A stretch of DNA of 39,396 bases from Octopus bimaculoides. Lineage: Eukaryota. Of this stretch, positions 25,651 through 38,250 are shown piece by piece (the stretch's first letter is position 1; each line of letters starts with the position of its first letter). Made by a program: the position numbers and the translations under genes. The notes beneath the pieces are model-generated. The model did no database searches. It was given only the letters and a program-made list of their open reading frames with translations, and was not told the DNA's origin. Where the stretch lies: assembly GCF_001194135.2 (NCBI RefSeq), contig NC_068996.1, forward strand, positions 33,453,244 to 33,492,639, read 5' to 3'.

Positions 25651-26335
25651 ACTACTCTGCAAAGACAACCTACAAAAAACATTTACACTTTTAAGAATAA
25701 AGAATACTGGTAACATATAAAGTATGAGATAGGGAGCAAAGGATGTGCAATGATGTAGAAATCAGCTGCTCAGTCACTTCAAAAATTGAGGAAAATGTCA
25801 CTTCAAAAATTGGGGAAAAGGAGAACATCTATAGAAAATGATAAAATCTTAAATCCAGGTTACATATTTTCATTTATTTCTTTTATCATAAATGCACTGG
25901 GCTATATAACAACAGATCTACTTGGGTTCACAACCTGTCATAGGAACAATGAAAGTTTGTGGAATATTTAGGGTATTCTTCATTTGAGGTTCCTGGTAAA
26001 ACATATGCACACAGTCACCTACAAATATGGAATGTGCATGTATGCACATATGTAAATAGTAACAAAATACACATACTTATGATCTATTGTAACAGTTACA
26101 TTCTCAAGAGTAAGTTTATCTGCGCACACATTAATACACACATGCATAACATATATGCATACAACAACCACTTCAGGTAACCACAAACCTCAAGAGTTGT
26201 CTTAATTTAAACAAAAAACTCCTATTACGTTGTCAAGTGATTAGCATAAATTCTGTAAAGGAAAAAAAAGAAATTTAAAATAAATCTTGATGAAACAAAC
26301 ATTCATCCAAAAATACGCTATCACACACACATAAC

Positions 26336-26367
<32 letters not shown>

Positions 26368-26469
26368 NNNNNNNNNNTATATTGGTGGAGGCACCAGTGA
26401 CAGCTTTATCTTGTATCTAAGAATTTAATTTTTTCTTTGTTAAACACTTCCTCTATGGTGATGGTGTTG

Positions 26470-26800
26470 ATGACTCTAGACCAATTCTTGCATAGAGGAG
26501 TTGATGGCATTGACTGCATGGTAATGTTGGTGGAGGACGAGGTTCATTTTGTCAAGCCTTTCTCTCTTGTCATTTGATTTCTTTCTTTTCTCTTCTGGTG
26601 GCTTTGAAGTCAAAGTATCAAATTGTTGATCGATGGTCAAGACAGGTAACAAGAATGGAAGAATCAAGGTTCCCATGGCAAGTCTTATCCAATGGGCTCA
26701 CTTCAGATACAAGGACTAATTCAAAGCAACACTGAAAGCCACTCGAATTGAGCTTAAATCATTTGAAATGCAAGCCTGAAACAAAACCGAATGGTCATGC
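26470..26800 (-). mobile_element. RTE LINE extreme 3' fragment (C-terminal Cys/His motif)
   Basis: Minus strand reads RPPPTLPCSQCHQLLYARIGLES, parallel to the end of the 31478-35412 element. Confidence 0.7.
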
Positions 26801-27439
26801 TAGAGCATCACCTTGAATATGTATTATATATTTCACTTTGGCATAGTGATACTAATAACCTGGTGCTAGAATCTGATTTATGTATGCTTCAGAGAAAAGT
26901 GTTAGTTGAACACAAATTATAATGAGATTATATAAATGACAAAAGAACAACAAATTACGTCATAAACTTCATTATCCTACACCTGTTTCTGCTATAAGAT
27001 GCAGTGTACTCATGGGTGAGTGTTAGTGTATCAACTTATAACTTTGGCAGAGATTCAAAACAAAAAACAATTTTTTTTAAAATTCATAAACAAAGTTTTA
27101 TTTCTTTTTTTAAAGCTTTAATGAATCTATAATGTGTGTGTTACAAACTGTATCCAGCTTCTTAACAAACTTTAACTAAGAACAGAGATAACTTGAGAGT
27201 TATATAATCCCAGTGAAATACACTGAAAGAAAAATAACAAAGACTAGCAAAAAACAGAAACATAATAGCAGAACAAAATCCAGTTTAACAAAACTGGGGA
27301 ATTTTCCCCAGCTATGAGGAACCTGTAAAAGGCGCAAAATGGCACTATCTACACTACTAGCACATTTAAAATGAAAAAATAAAGATTATATGGAAATATC
27401 ATGCTCTGTCACTCATTAGAGAAAACCTCTCATAAAACT

Positions 27440-28927
27440 GGTACACAATCCTTTATCCAGAACCCTTGGGGATTTAAAACAAAAATACATGATCCACAAG
27501 TACAGGTATACACATTACCATAATATTTATGTAGGGAGATGCATAAGTATTCACACTAGTTTGAATAAAGAAAGACTACAAATGTTACTACAGTTTATTT
27601 ATATGCTAGAGCCATAAATTGGTTCAAACTAGGCTAAATATGTAGTTGGAGTTAAGTCCATCAGTTTCACCAACATCTTCATCAGGTTGCAGGCAAACTT
27701 CTGATGATGGGCCAGGAAAGAGATTCTCAAGTGATGAAGCAGCACTATGATAAAGGGCATTTTAAAAGACTTCTTCATGTGTCATCTGTCTCATTAGCAT
27801 AGGTTTCTGTATAAGCAATGTCTCTTTAATTGAGTAAAATCCCATAATCTGTTGCTCAATGATCATTGCATGTTTTCAAAGTCAGATATTAACTGATCAC
27901 AAATTTTCACCATATGGTCTAGGAATTTTTTCACTTGTGTTCTCGATGTCATCATCACTACTGTCTTCATTCTTATCCATTTTTAACACCATTTCAGCAA
28001 TTTCCCCATCGCACAAGGAATGCACAACAGGTGCATCATTGTCAACATTCAGCATTTCTTCAATGTCCACTTCTAACTCACTTACACTTCTGCACAATAA
28101 ACTTTTAGCATAAGTTATGAGTTTTGATATCATCTCATTAGTGACATGAAATCCTCCAAACATCATTATTGGTCAAATTAATTATTGGTAAATTAATTAT
28201 GCCTTTCAGACATTTTGGATGTTGGCTTTTTCCAGTGACTGCCAACTTCACCTTATGTGTGCCTGCTGATTAACACATCCAAGAATAGTTAACCTTTCCT
28301 TAGCATTCTTAAAGCCTGCTGGTGCTGTCTCATCTGCCATTGTTAATGGTTTTCTTGGAATGTAGCACCAGTACAAAGCTGTTTCATCAACACTGTCAAT
28401 TTTTTCAGGAGAAAGGTTTTCATCAGATACCATCTAGGCAAATTTGTCTATGTAATTTTCCACAGCTTCATAATCAAGCAGAAGCTTTTTCACCACAGAT
28501 TTTCAGATATTTTACACCATGATGCTTCTTAAATTTTTGCAGCCAACCTTCTGACTATTGACACTCTCATTCAATGTTCAATTCTTTATGATATATTCTA
28601 GCTTGTTTCATGACCAACAAACCATTCAGCAGCATATGTTCCCTTCATCTTCAGGATAAATTATATACAAAGTCACAAGAAACAACATGAAGACAGCAAT
28701 CAGCAAATGGACATCTCTCTACGAGTGCTGAGCCACACCTGATACTTGGTGGTAAATGGTGGCCAACTTGCCAAGCATTGCCATGTCATACTTGAGTGAG
28801 TTGGGTCATGGTGGTCAGCTGTTTGCACAGCAAATGATCCCTGTTATGACATGCTCCACCTTCCACAAAAAAATTTGGCTTTTGGGGCTTTCCGGATTTT
28901 AGATTTCTGGATAAAGGGCTGTGTACC
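27440..28927 (-). mobile_element. Tigger/pogo-family (CENP-B/Jerky-like) DNA transposon, DDE core deleted
   Basis: TIRs ggtacacaatcctttatccagaa / ttctggataaagggctgtgtacc. HTH part LNGMLLVMKQARIYH...SEGWLQKFKKHHG; DETALYWCYIPRK...KERLTILGC; acidic C-terminus VHSLCDGEIAEMV...SSDDD. Confidence 0.9.
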
Positions 28928-29649
28928 TATAGTAATGATAATTAAAAAGATTAGAAATTGTGAAGCAATTCTCTCCCCTTAAAAGGAATCTTTACTCTCT
29001 CTTCTACTTCTTAGTAAATTGTCTCTCCCTCTCTTACTCTGAGACCAACTGTAGGTGGAAGCACCAACAGTCCCCAGTCAAATTTTCCCACTACTTTCAT
29101 TGAAAAAATCCAATGTTGTTTGGGAAATTGTAAACTAAATACTTGTACATGAAGAATTAATAACAGTTGTAAATATTCCAAACTTTAACATACTCAACAA
29201 AAAGCAAATCATATAAATAATCATAATTTATTTTCAATATGTCTCACCTACTAATAAAACATAAGAAACATCCTATGACAACTCACAAGTCTTAAATACC
29301 AACTTACATGACGTAAAATTAAAACAAACAAATAAAAAATTGATAAATAAATAATATACAGTTATAATGAAATTAACTGTAAATAAACTGGATTCTAGAA
29401 GCACTGTGTGTTTCAACCACACATAACAATAGAAGATTCCTACCCCAACAAACCAAACATCTCTTCTCTTCCTCACATTTCTTCTTTTGTGTACTAGGCT
29501 TATCTCTCATTCCTCAATCCTGTTCTCATAACCCTGCTCATTGTATCATTGTTGTCTTCCTAATCCCCTATCCCCTCTATTTCATCATCTGACACAAGAT
29601 CACCTCCTCCAATGCCCCCTCCCCTCTCAATGAACTTTTTCTTGCATGT

Positions 29650-29958
29650 TATTTGGTGACCCTGCCAGTGCTGATGCCACATAAAAAAAGCATCCAGTCC
29701 ACACTGTACAGTGGTTGGTGCTTGGAAGGGCATCCAGCTATAAAAACTATGACAAAACAGATCTCACCTATGCTTATGCCATGTGAAAAGCACTCTGTCC
29801 ACTCTGCTGGATGGTTAGTCTTATGAAGGGCATCCAGCTGTAAAAAGCATGCCAAACACATGCAGAAGTTTGATGCAATCTCCTGCCTGGCCAGCTCCTC
29901 TCAAACTGTCCAACCCATGCCAGCATGGAAAGCAGATGTTAAATGATGGTGCTGATGA
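29650..29958 (+). mobile_element. SINE of the (GAT)n-tailed family, with an internal duplicated gaagggcatccagct module
   Basis: Two gaagggcatccagct(a/g)taaaaa motifs; 3' end cccatgccagcatggaaagcagatgttaaatgatg. Confidence 0.8.
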
Positions 29959-30084
29959 AATACAACAATATACCTTGATTTAAAAGAAAGAATATGTATG
30001 AGGTGAGACTACCAGCATAGTCATAGACTATACAAAGAGCTACTATTTCTCCATCAGACCTGTAAGTGCTCTTATGGGATTGAG

Positions 30085-30339
30085 CTGCATTTCCCAATCA
30101 TTTTTCATGTATGGACCCCTTTGATTCCTATTTTACTCTAGTGGATCCTCATAAACACTGAAGTGTTTAAACAGTCTTATTATATTTTTATAACTGAATA
30201 TTATTAGGAATTGTATTTAAAAAAATTGTTAAAATATTTTGTGTATCGTAGAAGTATAACCAATTTGTTGCACATAAATTTTTAACAAAAATCTTACATG
30301 GCCCCTAAAGGCCATATGAATCCTGGTTGAGAATTACTG
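30085..30339. mobile_element. hAT-type MITE, degenerate
   Basis: Ends ctgcatttcccaatc / ggttgagaattactg are degenerate inverted repeats. 8-bp flanks ggattgag (30077-30084) and ggttagag (30340-30347) match at 6/8, the hAT TSD length. Confidence 0.55.
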
Positions 30340-30459
30340 GGTTAGAGGAAGATTCTTATTTCAAGCATTCTTGAGAATGCGTCAAATTACTAGTGTCTTA
30401 AAATAATTCTGCTTGTCATTGCGTTACTTAGCCTGTCGGTAATGCTTTCACATGATTAG

Positions 30460-30980
30460 AGAAAAAGAGGGAGAGAAAAGAGGGAAAGAGAAAGAGAGGG
30501 AGGGAGAAAGAGAGGGAGAGAGAAGCATCCATGACGTGAGGTTGACAAAATGTAATTGTAAGACTTTCACATGATGAGTTGAAGGAGAAAGAAAAAGGAG
30601 AGAGAAAAGAGGATAAGGTGAAACACAGAGAGAGAAAAGTGTCCATGATGTGAGGTAGGGGGAATGTAATATTTATTACGTGGTTAAAAAAGTTAGTTGA
30701 AGGTAGAGGAGGAGAGTTAAAAATGTAATTTTAGCAGAGGGGTGATGTTCTGATCATGAGGTTAAAAAGAAAGGCAGAGAGAGGGGAGAGANNNNNNNNN
30801 NNNNNNNNNNNNNNNNNNNNNNNNNNNNNNNNNNNNNNNNNNNNNNNNNNNNNNNNNNNNNNNNNNNNNNNNNNNNNNNNNNNNNNNNNNNNNNNNNNNN
30901 NNNNNNNNNNNNNNNNNNNNNNNNNNNNNNNNNNNNNNNNNNNAGGGGGAGAGAGGGAGGAGGGAGAGAGGGAGAGAGAG
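30460..30980. repeat. Purine-rich (GA/GGA) low-complexity region spanning a gap
   Basis: Directly visible. Confidence 0.85.
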
Positions 30981-31069
30981 ATGATGATGGAAGTGGTGAT
31001 TGGAAAGTGAAAAGTGTATTTTTTTTAATTGAACTAAGTTTTTTATATCACCTAACACTTAATGCACAC

Positions 31070-31436
31070 ACATAAGTGCAATTCCATGAAATATTCGCAC
31101 TTATTTACATGGCAGATATATGCAATTTAACTAAAGGTTGTATCATATGTATGGTGTTTTTTCTGTTTATGGGTAAAATGGAAAAAACAAAATAGATAAG
31201 AGCGAATATTTATTTTATGAGTGCTATGAGTCTATCAAATTGTGCATAAAGTATATCATCAATCACTTAACAAATGTACATAAGTGCAATTCCATGAAAT
31301 ATTCGCACTTATTTATGTGGCAGATATATGCAATTTAACTAAAGGTTGTATCATATGTATGGTGTTTTTTCTGTTTATGGGTAAAATGGAAAAAACAAAA
31401 TAGATAAGAGCGAATATTTATTTTATGAGTGCTATG
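31070..31436 (+). repeat. Tandem duplication, period 208 bp
   Basis: 31070-31228 and 31278-31436 differ at only 2 positions that I could see (ttacatgg vs ttatgtgg). Confidence 0.95.
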
Positions 31437-31477
31437 TATTAAGTTTATAAAATTGTGCATAGAGTATATAAAGTGTA

Positions 31478-34400
31478 CTCTTCCAATGGTTGTCCCTTGT
31501 CGTGGTGGAAGAGCTTGTATGTTCCAATGATTCTGAGAGCAATACCATCTGGAGTCTTAGACTCCTGGTAGGGTCACCCATAGCGGTAAGGTCAAGGATG
31601 AGGTCCCAGACTAAACACGACCAAACACCAACATCAAGACCCCAATGGTGTAGCAAGCAGAGGAGGGCTTTCTTAAGCCCCCAAAGCTTGACTCTGGCGG
31701 AAGAGGGCAACACCTGGCAGGCAGGTGTGACAAAAGCGGATAGACTCCAGCAGCTCACTGCAACCAACCTCATCAAGACTGCACACCTCAATTCTTGAGC
31801 CGCAGTGGAGAAGTTCTTGGCCAAGTGCATGTGTGTGGCTGTTGCGCATCCACGATCACCTCAAACAATTTACACAGCGAATGGCTTCATCTTTCTAATC
31901 TGTCTCAAAAAGCCCAATGACGATGGTATCGGGGGACCGGAGGCAGGCCTGGAAAGCTGGAAGCTTCTAGTCCATGACCACACATTGGTGGCGAATCTCA
32001 GATGGTCACTCTCCAATGAATAGCCATGACATTGGAGTTCAGCAGCTAGACTTGTGACTGGGCTGGCCTCTTTAGGATTACTGCAGCCCACCCCTCGAGG
32101 GGAAGCCCCTAGAAAAGGTGGGGTAAACATCGGACACGGCAGTTCGATCTGGCCAGCATACTGCAGCTGACAGATCTTCCACTTAGCAGTCGGAACTCTA
32201 CTAAATCCTGTTTCACAACCTCTCACCTTCAGGGCCTGGAACATCCGCACTTTCCATTAATTGACCAGAGCAATGTACAGCCCATGTCTGCAAGGAACTT
32301 GCCCGCTTCAATATCAATGTGGCAGCCTTGAGCGAGATTAGGGTTCCTGGAGAAGGCAGTATCAAAGAAGCTTTTGGAAACGGAAGACTCCTAATGAACC
32401 ACACATCCATGGAGTTGGTCTCACATCAAAACGCAACTTGTGGACCAACACAGACTCGTCCCAACTGTCATCAGTGAGCGCCTGATGACTGTTTGGATCC
32501 CACTCATTCGGGATAGATTCCTTATGTTGATCTCTGTGTATGCCCCTACTCTCACATCTGAAGATGATACCAAGGCTTCATTCTATAACCTGTTGGACTA
32601 CACTATCCAGACAGTCCCCGTACATGACAAACTCATCATGTTGCAGGACTTTAACAACAGAGTCAGCAGTGACCATTGACTGTGGAATGGCATTCTTGAC
32701 TATCACGGCATTGGGAAATGCAATGCCAATGGCCAGCTCCTCCTGGGCCTTTGCACCGGGCATGAACTCGTCATCACCAACTCCCTAGTTCATCTCCCTA
32801 TCTAACAAAAAACAACCTGGAAACACCCATGGTCTAAACTCTGGCATATCCTCAAATACTTTCTGATAAGATCCAGGTACAGATGAGATGTACACATCAC
32901 CCGCTCTATGCCTGGTGCAGATGACTGCTGGATGGATCACCACCTTCTTATTTCTTGCTTTGAGATCAAGATCTGCTGCCCACCAAAGCGGGTCTCAGCA
33001 AACAACCCTTACCAATGCTTCGACTGCGCTAAACTCTGGAACTCACAGGCATCCCAAGACTTCAGGAAATCCATTGAAAGACACCTGATAGACTTTCCAG
33101 AACCAACCTCCACTGAAGATTGCTGGACCAGCCTTCATGAAGCCATGACCACTGCCATTAAGGAGACGATCGGTTTTGCTTGGAAGAAGGACAAAGACTG
33201 GTTTGATGCGAATGATGATACCATCTCCTGTCTTATCAAAGCCAAACTCTGGATGTGCCTAGCCATTGAGAACCATGCCACTGTGGAGAACAAACGAAAA
33301 CACCAGAAAGCATCAGCGGAATGCCAGCAAAGAATTCAAGAAGCTCAGAACATCTGGTGGCAGAGGAAAGCAGAGGAGATGCAAAATTATGCGGACCAAT
33401 GAGACTTGTGCAGCTTTTATGCCACAACCAAGGAGATCTTTAGCCCCACAAGGTCATCAGTGGGTGGCCTGAAGAATACAGCTGGCTCTACAATAACCGA
33501 CACCCAGGGAATCCTCGATTGCTGGAAGTCCCATTTCAAGTGCCTACTTAACGACCACTCACGCACTCCTGACAATCTCCTCTAAAGCACCCCACAGCTC
33601 CCCATCCACCATTGGATATCCCTGCTGCCTTCATGTCATGAGTTCAGCAAGGCACTTGTGCACATGACGCTGCAGAAAGCTCCAGGACCAGACAACATCC
33701 CGTTTGAGTTTTTCACACACTGAGATTCTGAGCTGAGAAATCATCTGATGCTCCTTATCCCCAAGATCTGGAAAAGCAAGACCCCCACAGACAACTTCCG
33801 TGATGCAACTATCATCACCATGTACAAGAAGGGAGACCAAGAGGATTGCAACAATGAATGGGGAATCTCACTCCTGAGTATTGCAAGTAAGATCTTCACC
33901 TGTATTCTACTCAAACACCTCCTCATCCTCGTGCAAGACGTGCTCCCTGAGTCCTAGTGTGGATTTCGACCCTCTTGAGGCACAATCAACATGATCTTTT
34001 GTGCCTGTCAAATCCAGGAGAAGTGTCAGGAACAACAACAACCCGCAATGTTCATCTTCTAGGATCTAAAAAAAGCCTTTGACAAGGTCCCCCGTTCTGC
34101 AATGTGGGCCATCCTTGCCTGGCTTGAATGTCTGGAGGACTTAATTGACCTGGTCTGCTCCCTCTGCAATGGCATGATGGGTAGAGTAGGCCATCAAAAT
34201 GCCCTCACAGACCCGTTTCCCATCACTGGGGGTTTTAAGCAAAGATATGTCCTGGCACCAACCTGTTTCTCTTTGTACATAGCTACCCTGTTCAACAAAA
34301 TCCCACTTGACTCACCTTCCATCAACATGCGCTATTGCTTGGATGGTGTACTCTTCAATCTTGCACGCCTCCATACAAAGACAAGGACCTCTTGTTTCTC

Positions 34401-35412
34401 AATCTGTGAGATGCAGTATGCCAACAACAATGCCACTCTGAGCTGGACTGCAGATGGCCTACAAAGGATGGCTGATCTTTACAACGCAGCTTACAAATGC
34501 TTTGGGATGCAGGTAAACACATTAAAAACCAAGACACTGATCCAACCTGCACCAAACCAGAACAGTCCACCCACAAACATTAGCATCAACAGCCAACCTC
34601 TAGAAAAGTTGAACACTTCATATACCTTGGAAGTATCATTTTGAGGATCCCCAGGTGTGAAAGGCATGTGGAGAACCAGATTGGGGTGGCCCACTCTGCC
34701 TTTGGCAGACTCAGCCAATGTGTATTCTTCAATCACATGCTGACCATCCCGACAAAGATCATGGTCTTCTGTGCCACTGTCCTGTCAACTCTGCTCTATG
34801 CTTGTGAGAATTGGACGTTGTACCGCCGTGACTTCAAGCGCCTTGAATGCTTCCAGCAATCGAAGCTACAACAGATCCTCAACATACAATGGGAAGATCA
34901 CATTACTAACAATGAGGTTATTCGCTGCACCTTGCAACCAAGTGTCGAAGTCACCATTCTATGCCATCATCTCTGCTGGGCAGGTCACATCCAGCATATG
35001 GAGCCCTCTCGTCTCCCAAGGATCATGCTCTATGGAGAACTTGTAATCAGAACAAGACCCATAGGAGGTCCTAAATTCCGTTTTGAAGACCAGCTCAAAT
35101 GGACCTTGGCTCAAACTAACATCCAGCCATCCTCATGGGAACAGATTGCCATGGATAGGACAGTCTGGAGGACTGCTATCCAAACGGAGCCAGCTCCTTC
35201 GAACAGAACAGACAACAGAATGAGGAGGCAAAATGCAGAAGAAGGGAGTGCCGTCAATATCCTTGACCTGCACCAACCATCCCATGGGAGATCTACCCAC
35301 AACTCTTTCTCCACTGACTTGGATTCCAAAATCACTTTTGGCACAAACATCAGCTGAGGAGACTGGATGGCAACTGATGAACCCAATGTTCGGATATGAG
35401 CTGAAGCTGACC
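31478..35412 (+). mobile_element. Apparently full-length RTE-clade LINE (APE endonuclease + RT + C-terminal Cys/His motif), inactivated
   Basis: TSD atataaagtgta at 31466-31477 and 35413-35424. Motifs: LTFRAWNIRT, ISVYAPT, LQDFN, DHHLLIS, KAPGPDNIP, GISLLSIASKIF, QYANN (decayed YADD), YACENW, LCWAGH. Short (gctga)-type 3' tail. Many stops and frameshifts. Confidence 0.95.
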
Positions 35413-36429
35413 ATATAAAGTGTATATAAAAAGTAATCATAGTATTCCAATTCCTTTCACTTTTCAATGAGTAGTAGATGAGCGACTATCTTTCCATACA
35501 GACACAACACAAGCTATACTTTCAGGTTTTTTGGATATAGTTTTCAGAAATAACCCAATAGGTCTACCATTAATTCCGTGAAATATTCATGGGTTCCACT
35601 AATAATTATAATAAGACATAAATGTGATATAACATTTGATAACCAATAAGAGAGTGATTCAGATTAATGCTGTGGTAATAATTAGTGATATTACTATAAC
35701 CATACATGTTATATTCACTTTTGTTAATATTACTACAGCCAGTTGAAAACAAGGCTTAGGAATGGTATTTAAACATGGTTGTCTGCTGACCAATGAGGTT
35801 CATGGCTAAAGCTACTAATGATGGATAATGTACTCTTGTTCTTAGAAGAGTAAAGTCTACTTACAACCAATCTTTTCAGCCTCTTATATTAACAAAATTA
35901 AGAATTGCTACACTACTACAAATGCAATAATGATGGTTAAACAAGGGTAGTATAAAAATTAATCACCAAAGATAAAAAAAAATAAAATAACACAAATCCC
36001 AAAAGGTTACTTGAAATGATTTATTTTTTGGAGGTCCTGATAAAAAAAATTTAGCTTTGCTGTCTAAAAGGTCACACTTGCCATTTGATTGTATATTTTG
36101 TTCTTATTTTTACTTTCAAATGAATAAACACAATCTCCAAAATAGGGTCCCTTATCAGCTGTTTTGCTTCGCCATGATAAGTAACAGGTAGATCATAAAT
36201 GTCCCTGGTACTGTGGGTATCATTTATATTATTGTTGTGGTTGTAATTATTATGTTGAGTTTTTGTTTTTATATCTGCGTTGTTATTTGTAAGTGACACC
36301 AATTGATGAATCCATGAAAAGTTTGGCAGTTTTTTCTCAAACTCCACCCAATGAAATGACCACACAGAGATGATATTAAAAAATATCAAAATACATAATT
36401 ATTAAGAATAACCTTGAATAATGTTATAA

Positions 36430-36835
36430 AGGCATGGCTGTGTGGTAAGAAGCTTGCTTCTTAACCACATGGTTTTGTGTTCAGTCCCAGTGTGGTACTT
36501 TGGGCAAGTGTCTTCTACTATAACCTCAAGCAAACCAAAGCCTTGTGTGTAGATTTAGTAAATGGAAACTGGAAGAAACCCATCATATATATGTATTTGC
36601 ATGTGTGTGTGTATGTGTGTGTGTGTGTGTCTTTGTGCTTGTCTCCCCATCACTTTTTGAGAACTGGTGTTGGTGTGTTTACATTCCTGTAACTTAGCAG
36701 TTTGGCAATAGAGGCAAATAGAATAAATACTAGGATAGCAAGAAAATTAAGTGCTAGGGTTGATTCATTTGACTAAAAGTTCTTCAAGGTGATGCCCCAG
36801 CATGGCCACAGTCTAATGAGTGAAAGAAGTAAAAC
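36430..36835 (+). mobile_element. tRNA-derived SINE with internal (TG)n
   Basis: The head ggcatggctgtgtggtaagaag...gtgttcagtccc carries A/B-box-like motifs, followed by the family body and an internal microsatellite. Confidence 0.85.
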
Positions 36836-37722
36836 AATTTGAAAATTGCAGCTTAACACTGGTGTGGGGTGCAGAAACATGCTGTGATATACCATTAAAG
36901 ATGGTTAACTTCCATCCTCATGTTATTATTTTTATTAATTCTAAGCAGGAGTTCCGCATGCAAAAACCCATACCTTGAGTTACCCCAGGATATAATTAAC
37001 ATGAGGTAGCCAACCAATCATCCTCAATGAGTGATGTAGTAGTATTATAGTTAGCTGCTACAAGGGTGAGGGTGATGCCTTACACAGAAACAACTACAGA
37101 GTTATCAAACTGCTAGACCAGGTCGTGAAAGTTACAGAGAGAGTTATAGCTCAATTGATTAGGAATAGAATTAAACTAGACAAGATGCAGTTTGGTTTTG
37201 TACCTGGGAAGAATACCACAGATGCCATCTGCCTAGTGTGACAGTTGCAGGAAAAGTATTTGGCTGAAAGGAAACCATTGTACTTGGCTTTTGTTGACCT
37301 GGAAAAAGTTTTTGATGAGTCCCTTGCTCTGTTATCTGGTGGTCTCTAAAGAAAGTTAGAAGTATAGGGGTGGCTTGTTAGAGCTGTACGAGCTATGTGC
37401 AAAGGTGTTGTAAGTAAGGTGTTGTAAGTAAGGTGAGAGTCAGCCATGAATACAGTGAAAAATTTGGCACACAGGTAGTGGTTCACCAGGATTCACTTTT
37501 TAGTCCATTCCTATCCATCACAGCCCTCCAGACCATAACAAAGGAATTCAAAACTGGATACCTGTGGGATGACCAGACTCTTATTGCAGAATTAGTAGCA
37601 GAATTGGAGAAAAAATTTCATATGGAAGCAAAATCTCGAATCAAAGGACCTTAAAATTAATCTAGCTAAGACCAAAGTTTTTGTTAGCAAAAAAGCAGAT
37701 AAGACCTCTCTTTCCATCAGGT

Positions 37723-37835
37723 AAATGGCCCTGCTGCAGGAAAGGAGTGGGAAATGGCCCTGCTCTAGGAAAGAAATGTAGAAAAGGAGTGGCAAATGGG
37801 CCTGCTGTAGGAAAGAAATGTAGAAAAGGAGTAGG
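37723..37835 (+). repeat. Imperfect 29/42-bp tandem repeat inside the RTE fragment
   Basis: aaatgg(c/g)cctgct...ggaaagaaatgtagaaaaggagt units start at 37723, 37752 and 37794. Confidence 0.85.
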
Positions 37836-38060
37836 AAGTAATTATGTAAATAATGTAAATAATGCCAACTTCAATTGGCAACAAAAAGACTCTCTCTCAG
37901 AATGGAAAGGTAGATTGTATGATGCCTGTGTACAAACGGCTATACTCCATGGTAGTGAGACATGAACTCTGAATGCAAAGCATCAATGTACATGAACGAC
38001 AATGCACAAATGTACATTATTTACATTTGATGGATATTTGTCCTCATCTTGTTTGTTGTT

Positions 38061-38106
38061 AACACAACGTTTCGGCTGATATACCCTCCAGCTTTCTTCA
38101 GGTGTC
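38061..38106 (-). ncRNA. Minimal type I hammerhead ribozyme motif (left arm; G10.1 to A lesion)
   Basis: Minus strand reads GACAC-CUGAAGA-A-AGCUG-gagggtatat-CAGCC-GAAAC-GU-U-GUGUU. Confidence 0.75.
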
Positions 38107-38177
38107 TTGGGAAAATTTCGAACCTGGGTTCTCATTCCTAAGGTATTTTTCGATATTATTATTATTGTTATTGTTCA

Positions 38178-38250
38178 GATCACTGCTTGGAATCAAACAC
38201 GGTATCTTGGGGTTAGAAGCTCGCACTCTTAACCACTATGTCATATGCCC
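38178..38250 (-). other. tRNA-derived Pol III head (left arm)
   Basis: Reverse complement gggcatatgacatagtggttaagagtgcg...gtgtttgattccaagcagtgatc. Confidence 0.6.

Noticed and set aside
25773-25820. 24-bp tandem duplication (a similar one lies at about 10888-10925)
   Set aside because: Ordinary slippage duplication; two units are not a CRISPR-like array.
35372-35412. ctgatga in the RTE 3' UTR (other ctgatga hits near 7240, 12060, 17045, 27702 and 29952)
   Set aside because: No stem II plus GAAA follows, so these are not hammerheads.
36066-36230. Minus-strand open segment TRDIYDLPVTYHGEAKQLIRDPILEIVFIHLK with possible splice sites
   Set aside because: The peptide is unrecognised and the next candidate exon would need a 50-bp intron.
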